Shown here piece by piece: positions 23,069-36,100 of a DNA stretch of 64,000 nt. The DNA lies in assembly GCF_035594765.1 (NCBI RefSeq), contig NW_026943821.1, forward strand, positions 18,383,608-18,447,607, given 5' to 3'. The notes beneath the pieces are model-generated. The model made no database searches. It saw nothing but the letters and a program-made list of their open reading frames with translations, and was not told where the DNA came from. A program made the translations under genes and the position numbers. Within the stretch, counting starts at the first letter, position 1. The number at the start of each line of letters is the position of its first letter. Source of the DNA: Anolis carolinensis. Its lineage: Eukaryota.

Positions 23069-26000
23069 ATGGTGAAGCCGAAGTTTAAAGGCCGGGCGAG
23101 CATCAACCCTTCGCGGTCCAGCACCAACCCCGGTGAGGAGCGAGGGAGGGAAGGCCGCGCTTCTCACGTGCAGCGCGGATACGGGACTGGGCCTATAAAG
23201 CAGACCAAATGTTTCCCAAACTGCTTTCCCAGCTGGTTTTGACTTCAACTCCCAGAATCCCCTGGCTGTCCCAGCTAAGGGCTGCTAGGAGTTGAAATAA
23301 TCTATATATATACTAGCTGTGCCCGGCCACGCGTTGCTGTGGCGAAGTCTGGTGGTATGGGAAATAAAGTATTGAGGAATTGGTGGTAGTTAAGGTAAAG
23401 AATAAAGGTTTTCCCCTGACATTAAGTCCAGTCGTGTCAGACTCTGGGGGTTGGTGCTCATCTGGAGTCTACACTGCCATATAATCCAGTTGAAATCAGC
23501 TAATCTTATTTTAGAGGCAGTGTGGAAGAGGCCTGATTGAAGTGGCCCTGGGCTGAGTGGGTTGCTAGGAGACCAAGTGGGTGGAGCTTAGCCTTCTAAC
23601 TGGCAGCAATTGGATAAAAACAATTATTCATCTCCCTCTAATTAGGACTTTATTTTTCTTTTCTTTTTGTTGTATGAACGTAGAGGCATGGATGAGGGGT
23701 TGTGCTGCCAAGTTTAGTGTTTCTGGGATGTGTAGTTTTGTTGTTTTGTCCTAGGCCGAAATTTCATTACCCTTTTATATATATAGATATATATATATAC
23801 AGTAGAGTCTCACTTATCCAACGTTCTGGATTAACCAACGCATTTTTGTAGTCAATGTTTTCAAAACATCGTGATATTTTGGTGCTAAATTCGTAAATAC
23901 AGTAATTACTACATAGCATTACTGCGTATTGAACTACTTTTTCTGTCCAATTTGTTGTAAAACACGATGGTTTAGTGCTTAATTTGTAAAATCATAACCT
24001 AATTTGATGTTTAATAGGCTTTTCCTTAATCTCTCCTTATTAGCCAATGTGTTCACTTATCCAACGTTCTGCAGGCCCGTTTATGTTGGATAAGTGGAAC
24101 TCTACTGTATAAAAGCTTCTGGACTATCGCAAAGAACACCACTCTGGAAAACAAGGGAATTCCAGGCAGGAAACAATCAGGGCCAGCTAACACCTCCCAA
24201 CAAAAAATTCCCTCAGGGAGGAAACAGCCAGGCTTTAAAGATGCAAGGCCATTACATGCTATTCATTTTGGCTAATTACAGCATTCATACTTGCCTCCAA
24301 CAGACAAAAAAAAAAAGAACAATCAGAAATATTGGATATTCACAAGCATTAGGAAATAACATCCCCTGATGGCACAGCGTGTTAAAGTGCTGAGCTCCTG
24401 AACTTGTGGACCGAAAGGTCTCAGGTTCAAATTGGGAGAGCGGAGTGAGCCCCCACTGTTAGTCCCAGCTTCTTCCAACCCAGAAGTTCAAAAACATGCA
24501 AATGTGAGTAGATCAATAGGTACTGCTTCGGTGGGAAGGTAACGACGCTCCTTGCAGTCATGCCTATAGCCGCATGACCTTGGAGGTGTCTATGGACAAC
24601 GCTGGCTCTTCGGCTTAGAAATGGAGATGAATGCACACATGTTACTTTGCATGTGTCTCAGGCCCCTCCTATACTGCCATATAATCCAGTTTTTCAAAGC
24701 AGATAATCCACATTATCTGCTTTGAACTGGATTATATGAATCTAAACTGCCATATAATCCAGTTCAAAGCAGATAATCTGGATTTTATATGGCAGTGTAG
24801 AAGGGGCCTCAGATTGTGTAGCACAATTTTACTGGTCACTCTCACCATCTACACGGCCCTATAATCCAGATTATCAAAGCTGATAATCCCGATTACCTGC
24901 TTTGAACTGGATTAAATGAGTCTACACTGCCATATACATTATAACTGTAATCTCAGTTTGTTTCTGACAGAATAAACAAATACTGCCATATAATGCAATC
25001 CAAAGCAGATAATCTGGATTTTATATGGCAGTGTAGAAAGGGCTTCAGCTTGTTCTGATCAGAGATAAAGCTGTAGCTGGATCTCCTGCCTCCGGTATCG
25101 AATTGGAAAGGGGAACAATGCTGGGGACTCACTGAGCTCCAACAATTGGATGAGAGCTGTGCTGTTACTGATGGAGGTCTGTCTTTGTAGATCGGCCGGC
25201 CGGTGCAGGAGGCCACAACATGCGGGACCGGGCCACCATCCGGCGCTTGAACATGTACCGGCAGAAGGAGCGCAGGTGAGAGGAGGGGCAGCAGCAGCAA
25301 ATCCTCTGCGGAGGGAGGGAGGCTGGGGGACAGAGGAGGAGGTCTCTTGAGCCAACTGCCAGTTGGGCTCTTCAAAGACAGCTTCTGCCACATCATGGCT
25401 TCTGTCATGTCTTTGAGGAAAGGTTCATGGAAGTATTTCTTTTTGGGTGGTGGTGGTGGTGGTGGTGGGGGGGTTTAAGACTTTTAAAAACCCAACAACA
25501 ACTCTGTTTTTAATGTTTTAAAGTTTTACACTCTTGGTCTGTGACCGTAATAATAAAATTCATTCATTCATTTCCTTCCTCAATGAAAAAGAGCAAGAGC
25601 TGCCCTTAAACACACTCTTCTTTCTTACCAGACCAGGGACTTCATTCAGGGTAGTCCAGGCTTGTAATCAGTAATAATAATAATACTTTTACTTATTAGG
25701 GGATAGCAAGTGGTGGGGAGATGTTGCCCTTTGAGCTTTGGCCCCTCAGTGCCTGCTCCAGAAAGAGCTTGGAGCTGGGTGGAGCAAAGACAGTGGGCTC
25801 CCTTAGGAACAAGGGCAAGGAGCCATGTCTTCCTCTCTGTCTGTAAACAAGTCCCTGTCGTGCCCCGTGGTGCTCTGGCATGCGCTGCTTTCGCACGAGC
25901 AGGTGCTAAATGGAAGCAGGCCTGCTCAAGTGCTCCCGCTCCTCTCCTTGTGAACAGGGGCCAGGAGCGCAATGTGGAACCTCTTAACAGAGTGTTTTCC

Positions 26001-29000
26001 AGAGGCTCGGCTCCATTGCTTGGCACGGCCTGTGGAAAAGTGTCAGCCTCGGATAACAGGCATTCTTGCCTCCGCTTTGCTAGTCCTGTTGCCCTCCCAC
26101 CTGACGCAGGGCCAAGGAGACCTTATTGCTTCCAGTCCTTAATCTGGAGCTGAATTAATGCTGTTCCATTGTTTGGCTTGAGCCTTTGCTTGGCTTTTCT
26201 CTCAGACACAGGGTGTAAGTGGTTTGATTTGTCAGTTGTCCTTTCTGTAGCCTTTCAGCAGCAGTTTGAGAACTTTGATTATATTCCTTGGTCCATCTGT
26301 CCACACTGACTGGGGTTTCCAGCCTTGTGTCGAGATGGATGGGATTTGAATTTAGGACTGTGCTAGTTAGGAATTGGGTCACTGATGGGATCCAAGAGAG
26401 AGCCTGCAAGACGAGCTGAACAGAGAGTAACTCTCTGGCTCTCTTCTTTTGCAGGAACAACCGTGGGCAACTGATTCGTCCACTGCAGTTCCAGTCCACA
26501 GTAGCGCCAGGCACAGTGGCCAGAGTGGAGCCCAACATCAAATGGTTTGGTGAGTCTGCCTTCAGCTCTACAGCATGAGACCCTTTGTCCTGGGTGGGGC
26601 TCCTTGGGAGGAGATCATTTTGGAGACAATGGCAAGGGCCTTGCTGGGCTGGAGAGCCATCCTCTCGGCCACGGCATGGGAGGCACTAGCGTCTGAGATC
26701 CTGGGAGGGAGAGAAAGGACTTGTGACACTCAGTGATGCTTCCCCCGAACGCAGGAAACACGCGTGTGATCAAGCAGTCCTCTCTACAGAAGTTCCAGGA
26801 GGAGATGGGGTCAGTGATGAAGGACCCCTACAGAGTGGTCATGAAGCAGAGCAAGCTCCCCCTCTCCCTCCTCCACGACCGGATCAAGCCACATGTGAGT
26901 CCCCTATTCATCTTTTGTCCCTCACTGAGCAGCCAGAGGTTTGAGCTCATAGTGCTCTCTCATTCTCCACATATGGACTCTGGGGAAGTCCTTGGGCACT
27001 GTCACTCTTATAAATTCATCAGAAAAACATCTTGCAATCCCAGCTGACCTGGTAATGCAGAAGGAAAACTTCCTGTAACTCAGCATTGCAAAATGTCAGC
27101 AGAGTGTTCTCTTTAGTCCAGCTTCTCACGCACACCCTGGTCGTCTGCTGTTTCTGGGTCTGGAGGGGATGTCGTTCCAAAAAAGGGCATGTTCAGCAAG
27201 CAGGCCTTTCAAAGGCAAATTGAAATCAGAGGCAGATTATCCTTGGCAAATTGGAGGCTTGGCAGGGCCTGCAGAGCCCCACTGATGGAGCAATGCTGCA
27301 GGCACAGATAACTATTGCCATTTCATCCTTGTGGATTGACATGCCTTCTGTGTAAATAATGAGAGGAGGATTGGGGCCAGAAGAGAAGTGGTTTGGGGTT
27401 GTTATTTCATGTTGAGGACACTGTTATGAAAAAGAGCTCATATCCCTCCAAACTCTTTCTCTTTTCAGAATTCCAAAGTCCACATTCTTGACACCGAAAC
27501 ATATGAAACAACATTTGGCCCCAAATCACAGAGGAAGCGGCCCAATCTTTCAGTGAGCGATGTTCAATCTCTGGTGGAAAACGCTGAGGCTGAGGCTAGT
27601 AACTATGACCGGGAGAAGGACCGGGATCTGGTGACGGAGGACACGGGTGTGCGGTGAGCAGCCAGAGCAGAGTCCCCAACCCCCATGTACCCCTTCTCCT
27701 CCCCATCCTGTCCCATGAGGCAGGGATTTAGGCTGTGGCCTTCTGAGGGTGGGGGACTCTGTGGGAATCTTTTGCTCCCTACAGCCTTCTGTGCCAAAAG
27801 GGTAGCCTCAGAGTGGCGCCTTCCATTCAACAATGGGGTGCCCTTCCAGCTGGCATTGGACTGCAACTCTCTAGCAGTCCATTGGGACAGCCAGTGTAAA
27901 GGAGTGCTGGGAGCTGCAGCCCACCTTTGTCTGATATCTCTCATTGCCCTTTCTTAGGGATGAGGTGCAGGAGGAGATCTACAAGAAGGGACAGTCCAAG
28001 CGGATCTGGGGAGAACTCTACAAGGTAGGCGCATAAAGGGATTATAAGTAGAGGAGAGACGAGGCACAAAGTGCTTCCAAAGCAAAGCTCTTGTTCTGTG
28101 GGACAGAAGGAATCCCCCAGAGCATTTATCTCTAGTCTAAACTATCCCTTGCTCTCTTTGTAAACTGTCAGGTGATCGATTCCTCTGATGTCGTTGTGCA
28201 AGTGCTGGATGCCAGAGACCCAGTAGGGACCCGATCCCCGCACGTGGAGGCCTACCTGAAGAAAGAAAAGCCGTGGAAGCACCTCATTTTCGTCTTGAAC
28301 AAATGTGACCTGGTGCCTGCCTGGGCCACGGTGAGTCTCTAATGTGCCCTAGTGGAGGAGCAATTCTTCTGCAATCCCCCCCCCCTTTTTTTTTTAAAGG
28401 CGGTGATACACCAGTTGCTTGTTTCTCTGCTGCTCCGAAAGTGCTCTCTGGACTCGCACAATTCTTAAGCTGTGGCTGGACGTGTTTCCATTAGCTCAGG
28501 CCTGTTGCTGGATGGAAGCAAGGAAACTAGTTCTGAAAGAGTGTTTGGGTTTCTAGAAGTGCCTGAGATGTTCCGAGCTTTTTGTGGCTGAGGAGCTGTG
28601 CCCTTTTTAAATGACTCTTCTTCCTCTTCTTCCCAGAAACGCTGGGTGGCCATCCTCTCCCAGGAATACCCGACTTTGGCTTTTCACGCCAGCATTACCA
28701 ATCCCTTTGGAAAAGGTGCCTTCATCCAGCTCTTGAGGCAGTTTGGAAAGGTATGGCAGCCCCTTCCTCTGGAGTGCTTGGCCCAGCTAGCAGTGGGTTG
28801 CCATCAGGGCTTGGGGCCCCTTTCAGGCAGGCAGCTCCCAGTGAGCTTCCATGGTTAGTGGCAGATTGACTGCCTGCTGGGCGTTCACAGCCTTCCTAGA
28901 GGCAATTTCCTGGGTTCTCTAGGATATAAATGGCAAGCCTGCCTTTCTCTGAACCTGTTCCCCCACAGCTCCATGTGGACAAGAAGCAGATCAGCGTTGG

Positions 29001-32000
29001 TTTCATCGGCTACCCCAACGTGGGGAAGAGCTCTGTCATCAACACGCTTCGCTCCAAGAAGGTCTGCAACGTGGCCCCCATTGCTGGCGAAACCAAGGCA
29101 AGGCTCCCTGTTGACTGTGATGGGATTTGGGAGGAGGGAAGTGAAGGCAGAGGTACCTGTAAGCCTCTAGGCTCACAGGACTGAGAGGTGGAGGGCACCC
29201 ATGGCTCCTATTTCTGCTCTGGGAAAGATGCCTGGTGCAGTGTCCTTTGCATTTCCAGGCCTAAAAGTCTAATCCTTACAGCCACAGCAGTGACCTGGGC
29301 TGTTTCATTCCAACTTAAAGCAACAGCAGCTGCCATTTTGAATTCTTGCTAAAGAAAAAAGTGTGAATTCATCCACATTCTCTGCTTCCACAGGTGTGGC
29401 AGTACATCACCTTGATGCGCCGCATATTCCTCATTGACTGTCCAGGCGTCGTCTATCCCTCTGGAGACACAGAAACGGATATCGTACTGAAGGGAGTGGT
29501 GAGTCTTGATAGAGGGAAGGACAATGCATGGACAATTCACGGGCCTCCATGCCTGCCCTTTAAGAGCCACCTGTCTTCCTTGCTGCTGCCTCTGTGTTTA
29601 AGGACACCAGCTGTTTAACAACTCAGAAGTGACACCAGCTCTCTGCTGTTTTCAGGTTCAGGTAGAAAAAATCAAGACTCCAGAAGACCACATTGCTGCA
29701 GTGTTGGAGCGAGCCAAAGCGGAATACGTCGGCAAGACCTACAAGATTGACTTCTGGGAGAATGCAGAGGATTTCCTGGAGAAGTTGGCCTTTCAGACGG
29801 GGAAGCTGCTCAAGGTGAAGGAGGCAGTGTTTTCTTCTTTGTGGAGCAGGCTCTGACTACTGGGCCATTGTGGGGCAGGTAGTTGGCAGTTGCACTGCTT
29901 TTTGGTTGTGCCAAAGGTCATTTGAGAAACGATGGAGGGGCGAAGGGAGTAGCTGCTGTTGTGTTTTTCCCTTGACAAGCGGCAGGCTGTGGCTACCAGT
30001 CAAAGGGGTGAATCATAGAGTCATAGCACCCCCGAGAGCCACCCCCTGCCATGTGTCCACACTTGCTGGTACTGGGCTTGTGTTTCTGCTCCTTTCCGAT
30101 ATTTATTTCTCCCTTCTGTTTGCCACCTGCCTTGTATTTTGGAGGGGGCAGCTGGAGTACTCTTAGTTCTGCCCCACTTTTCTCTCTGGGTGCCTAAATG
30201 GGGGTTCGTGCTGTTTGTTTCAGGGAGGAGAGCCTGATGTGCGTACGGTCAGCAAGATGGTGCTGAATGACTGGCAGAGGGGCCGGATCCCCTATTTTGT
30301 GAAACCCCCGAACATGGAGCCTGGACCCCAGGTAAAACCTGCATGGGATGTGTTAAGAACAGGAATATGCTGCCTTCCCAGAGGAGGGCCTGTGGGGTTC
30401 TGCCTGGCAACCAGTGTTCTCTAGGTTTTTCAAGTCAGAGCCTACCCGAGCCCTGCCTGGAATGGCAGCATCAAACATCATGCCACTTTGTACATGCTCA
30501 GGGATAATCCTCAGCTTTCCTTTCATGTGTGTGTCAGCCTGTGGATCAGTTTCTGAGCCATAATAAAAGTCCTATCAGTGGAAAGCATTGTCCGGATTGG
30601 ACTGGAGCAAACATGTTGGTATGCGCCTGTGTGTGTGGGGAACCGTGGCTTGAAGACGCATTTCCATGTCCTCCTTCCTGTTTTTCAGCCCACAGCAGCT
30701 CCCTCAGAAGCCCCTGCAGCTACCATTCAGAGCATCCCATCTGTGAAAGATATGGGGCCAACCGAGATCCCAGCAGAAGAGGCTGGGAGTGATGACCGCC
30801 CTGCTTCTGTGGCCACGTGGCCCTTGTCTCAGGTGCGGCAGAACTTTAGGAAGATCAATGTGGCCCCTCAGTTCTCGCAAGAAGACCTGGTCCCTGTGGA
30901 TGCAATGGCAGGGGATGAGAGCGACAGTGAGTCAGAGGAGGACATTGAAAGGGAGGAGGAAGAGCATTTGCAGCCGCATGGCCAACTCAATGGGGCAGTC
31001 ACTGGGCAGGACTCCAAGGCTTTGCTGAAGTTGCTGGATGATAAGATCTCCAAGTGCAAGAAATTCCTGGAGAAAGCCAAGGCCAGGCGGTTCTCGGCCA
31101 TAAGGTGAGCAACTTTTACCACCAGTGGGTCGTGAGTGGGAGGGTAATGCAGTTGGCACAGAACATTCTTGAGGTTTGGTGGCTTCACCCATAAAGAGCC
31201 TGCCTTTCCCATCAGAGCAGAAGTGGCATTGCTGGAGCCCTTGACTGCCGCACAAGTCACACGTTGGCTTCATCAGCAAGGGTTAGAGGTACAGGTGGGA
31301 GAACAGGGTTTCTAGGAACATAATTGTCTTCCTTCTTTCTGGCAGGATTCCCAAAGGGCTGAGCGAAAAGGTCTTTGCCAAGTCACAGCTTGACTCCCCG
31401 GCTGGAGCGACGGAGGCAACGGGAGGTAAGGGCCCTCTGTTCCAGGAGCAGTCCCATTTCATTTCAGGGGCTGGCTTAACCGTGATGGGCAGGGTGCATG
31501 TGTGTGTTTTCCTCTCAGAATGTGCATCCAGCCTCCTTGAGTTACTCATGCTGTTTTCTGTGTTGAAGTCTAAGTGTCCTTGTTGCGGGAGGGGGGGAAC
31601 GGGAACATTGGAATCTGGTATGCATTGCCTGGATGTGTCCTAAGCAGGAGCCAAAAGAAGGCAAGTGAGAGAAACCCTTATGCTGGAAAGTTTGGCTCTT
31701 TATAAGGACCCTGGAGGCTTGCTTCCTACATCCCAGGCAGAGGCTGAAATGCATTTACTGAAATGCTACTCCCTTTGCTTTTTTAAGGGCACCTGAGGAA
31801 AGTTAAGAGGAAGAAAGAAGAGGAGGAGGAGATGAATGCTGATCTGGCAAAGAAACCTTGCAAGAAGCTGACTTCGAAGGAGGTAGGTGTCAGAGAAGCC
31901 CCCCATAGCTCCTCCTCACAGAGCAGGCAAGATCAATGTCACGTACAGACGGTTCAAAGAGCATATTACAGCAACCCCAGAAGGTCTTAAGTCCTGCTTA

Positions 32001-32466
32001 AAGACTGAAGGGAAGGCTTCAGGGTTTTTTTTTCTGTTTCGGTGCTGCCTCCAGAACATGTTTCCCCTCATTTTCCATTGTGGGCTCTTGGGAAGGCAGC
32101 TCAGGCAGAGGCCTCCCACCTGTGGCACTAGGGAGCCTAACTACCTTTTGCATTTTATGCTGCTGTCTCCCTGGGGTCTGAGGAAGCTGCAATAAGAGGT
32201 CGACTCTTCTGCCCTCCTCACAAGTTTTTTTTGGGGTGGGGAATGTGGGCCATAACAGCCTTTGGCTCTTTGTTGATGAGCGACTCTTGTCATCAACATC
32301 TGCTTTGCTTCTGCAGCGGAGACGAGCGGAGCGGCAACAGCACTCCAAGAAAGTTGGATCTCGCTATTATGAGACTCATAACGTCAAGAATAAAAACAGG
32401 AACAAGAAGAAACAGGACACGGCTGGGCAGAAAATGAAAACAAAGAGAAATAAACATCAGCAATAG
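23069..32466 (+). CDS. GNL2: Nucleolar GTP-binding protein 2 (circularly permuted GTPase, NOG2 family), about 716 aa, 16 coding exons
   Basis: Exons 23069-23132, 25191-25275, 26455-26549, 26755-26894, 27469-27653, 27958-28024, 28172-28330, 28637-28750, 28969-29097, 29394-29498, 29656-29814, 30224-30331, 30689-31104, 31346-31425, 31788-31882, 32317-32466 join in frame (2151 nt). N-terminus [23 protein letters not shown]; motifs LNKCDL (G4), GYPNVGKSS (G1), DCPG (G3), [12 protein letters not shown]; C-terminus [15 protein letters not shown]. Confidence 0.98.
23313..23787 (-). mobile_element. Helitron in GNL2 intron 1
   Basis: Same CTAG/hairpin terminus as the 8848 copy; 5' TCTATATAT. Confidence 0.8.
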
Positions 32467-33192
32467 TTCCCTTGTCTCCCTCTGCTTTGAAGGCTTCCTC
32501 CCCTCCTTGAATGGCTGACTCTTGAAGGGGTTGAATGCTCTGCAGGCTGTTCCAGCAAAAGGCCAGTTCTTAAGAGGTAATGAATTTCCATTGTTGGCAT
32601 TAGCCAGCGAGGCTGTTTCCATAAGCAGATCCCTTTGTTTTTTCATTTATGGTGAAGGCGCTCTTTTACCACACAGGTAAAACGTACAGTATCCTTATTA
32701 TTGGAACTAAAAGGCATGAGAACAGATTGCCTGTGGGTTTGAATACCTGCAAAAGTCTTTACTTATTAAGATTCAAGAAAGAATGAGGCCCTGAGGCATC
32801 AGAAATTTAAGGGGAGAACACGGTTGTTCGTATCAGGGAAAAGTCTATGGAACAAACTGGCCAAGTTTCAGAGATGTGACTAGATTTTAATGTGTCTCTG
32901 CACAGCCCTTTGTGGCCCAGGACTAACAGGCTCTTGCATAGAACACAGTACTGAAAAAGTTTGTTACTATTGCATAAAAATATTTTATAAAAACCCCAGC
33001 AAATAGGAACGACAGGCAAACCCCAATCCAGTTGAGAGGAATTACTGAAGGCACTGGGTAGGGGCTTTAATCACTATGAGAATCTTAGGTGATCAAGGCA
33101 AAAGGGGGTCTCTGGGGAAGTGGGTGTGGAATGCTCTGAAGACCCATTCGCTTGCGGCCAATAACACTTCCTTGGCTTGTCTGTGTGGAGGC

Positions 33193-36100
33193 CTACTTCT
33201 TTGGCGCAATGATACCTTCAAGTTGTGCCTGAAATGCAAAAACAAGAGAAGTCATGGAATGAGTCTTTCTTTCCCTTTGCTGCCCAAAGGTGTACATCTG
33301 TCCTGAGAGAAGGGGGAGCACTAGAGTTTTCAAAAAAGGAGTGAGGGCTGCCCATTCAGTATTACATTTGTTGTCCCATGTTTTATACATTAGTTACTCT
33401 CATTCCTGGCACGCAGAGCTACTGTGGTACAAGCAGAGTGGAGAGCTGGCCCTGTGTGTCCTGGCAACCAAGGTCTCCTTTCATAATGTTAAATTCTAAA
33501 AGGAAATCCAGTTGAAGTTGCTGAAATGGTGGTTTCTGCCTCCTTTGCCCTCCTCTGGCCGCAAATGCCTTTGTTGCCTGATGGCTGGACACCAAGTGCC
33601 AGCTGTCAGTTTGGGACTTAGCATAAGGACCAGGACAAGTTGATGTGCTCCATTAGGAGAGGAATGGGGCTGGCCAGCCATTGAGCAGGGAACGGACACT
33701 GGGAGCCACACCCAATCTTCCCGCTCGCTCCTTTTGGAGCCAGCCAGCCAAGCTTTCAGAGAGAAACACAGTTTTCCTCTCCCTCCAGTTACGAAATCCC
33801 CAACTGCTTGGAGAAAAGTAGATCTGACAAGAAGCTTGCTAAGCAAGCATACTTTGGCTTGGCATTTAAATGGACTTCTCTCTACCACAGACAGGTCATA
33901 AAACCAACTGGAGGAAGAATTCTCACCTGTGCAACCTTTGGCCTCTCTTTAGACTGGGGGCAGGTTTGTCAGGGTTATAGTGCCTGCCTGCTAGCCAGGG
34001 AAGGGGTCTGGCATATGTCCCTTGGGTTGGCCCCTCTTAAAACCGCATGGGTGCAATGGCACAGACCTCTTGGCCAGTAAACCTTTGCTAAATATTATTT
34101 GAAGCTGTTCCATTCGGCCAGCCCTGGGTCCTTACAGTCTTTTAGGCCACTGCCTGTCTATGTGGCATTTCTATGGGCTTGTTTCTGTTGCGGGGGGGGG
34201 GGGGGGTTCTTTCAGCAGAAAGGCAATGTCATTGACAAAGCCCCACTACTTTCAGTAATCAAGCCAAACTCATCCATGACTAAGAGGGTAAGCAGAATGA
34301 CCTGTCAAAAATCAGCAGTTCATTGGGTTGGGTCAGGGGACCACATGAACAGAACTAAGAGATCAGTGGGGACCATTGTCTTGACCAACCTTGAGCTGCT
34401 GGTTGGTCCGCTTCAAGAACTGGACCTCCTCTGTGTGCTTCTTCTCCTCCACCTGCCGCCTTTCCATCTCCCGCTTTTCAGTGGCATCGCACTTGGCCTT
34501 CTGCTCATTCACTTGCCTCTCCAAGTCCCGCTTCTCTTCCTCTAAGTCTGCAATCTTAGGAGAGAAGGCATGGCTGCCATGAGGGCTCCAAAGGCCTGCC
34601 CACCCCTTCCTTCCCTTTCCACTCCTTCCTCTCCCCATGAGAGCGAAGGCATTCTTTTCCTCCTAGTGAAAGGCGACACCCACTTACTTTCTTCTCCATG
34701 TCAGCCTTGCCCTGCTCAGCCTGCAGCGCCTTCCGCATCCCAAAGGCCACGCTGCTCTCATACAGGGTCTGGTAGGCCGCGATTGTCATCCGGATTTCAT
34801 CCCGTACACGTAACAGCAACAGGCCTCGCTCTGCACAGTTGATGGTCACCTGCCGGATCAGCTCATCTGCAAGGCAAGGGACACACCACGCTCTGGCCAC
34901 CAGCTCTTCTAACTCAAGGCCTGATGCTGCAGCTTCACTTTCAAGGCTGCCGGGAGTCTGCGGCTGAGGCAGCTATTTCAGCCTCTGCATCATCACCACC
35001 ATTGTGGGAGGAGAGCAGCACCTGCAAACTGTCTCCATCCCCAAACATCTCAAAGTGGGCCCTAGGTCATGATCTTTGGCAGGCCTCTCTGTCTACCATG
35101 TACTACTACAGGATTTAGGATAAAATAAATCAGTTTAAATGGTGACATGAAAGTAATTATTACATTTATTTTAGAAATTATATGGATTTCTTGTAAGAAA
35201 AATTTACAGCAATGTCAGCTAGTAGATCTCAAAGTACCGAAGCACTGGGAGTAGAGCTCTCTGCGGACGGGGCAGATGCCGGTCTCGCGGGCCTGGCGCT
35301 GCTGCAGCTTGAGGTCCAGCTGTTCCTGGAGGTGGACCACATCCATCCGGGTGCTTGGTGTGCTGGACACCTGCTGCGTCCACAGCTGGTTCCCCTCCGC
35401 CCATTCCCTGGGGGGGAGGGAGGCAAGAGACATAGGGTCAGTCCCTGGCGGCCAGCCCTTCTCCCTCCCCCCTCCCCCACCCAGCTTCCCAAGGGGCCCC
35501 TGGGGCTGGCTCACCGGGGCGGGAGGATGGCGTTGAGGATCTCATCAGCATGCTTCCCAGCCTCGAGGGACGGGGCGGGGGGTTTGCCCTTCGGAGGTGG
35601 GATTGGTGGCGGAACAGGGCCCGGGGTGGAGGGTGGTGGTGTCGGGAGCGGAGGGGCAGGAGGCGGCTGAGGAGGCGGAATCGGAGCAGTGCCCTTCAGC
35701 GGTGGGGCCTAAGGGGCAGGTAGAGAAACAGTGTTAGAGCCCTTTCCACCAAATCACTATTAAACAGCTGCACACTGTATTCCAGTCCGAAGCAGTCTTG
35801 AAGTCATCCAATGAAGGTTGACATGAGTAGTCTAAAGTCCTTTCCAAAATGTTCAAAGCCAAGTCATCTCAGCAATACCGAGGCTGCAAGCCAAAACATA
35901 TTCTGCACACCAACATCCAAAGTACCATCAATCTTTCAAGGGTTCAAGACACGATGCTCAAGGCTGCAACTCAGAACCTACGTTGCTACCCACAGCTAAA
36001 TATTCCAGACCTCAGCTATTTATGCAAGTTTCTCAAGTGCTCCCACTTGAGAATGGTAAGACTTTCATTGTCCACTTGGAAAACTATGCAAGTGGGGTCC

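Noticed and set aside
25920-26070. Possible H/ACA snoRNA (two hairpins plus ACA) in GNL2 intron 2
   Set aside because: No clear H box (ANANNA) at the hinge and no match to a snoRNA I can recall; needs an Rfam/snoReport search.
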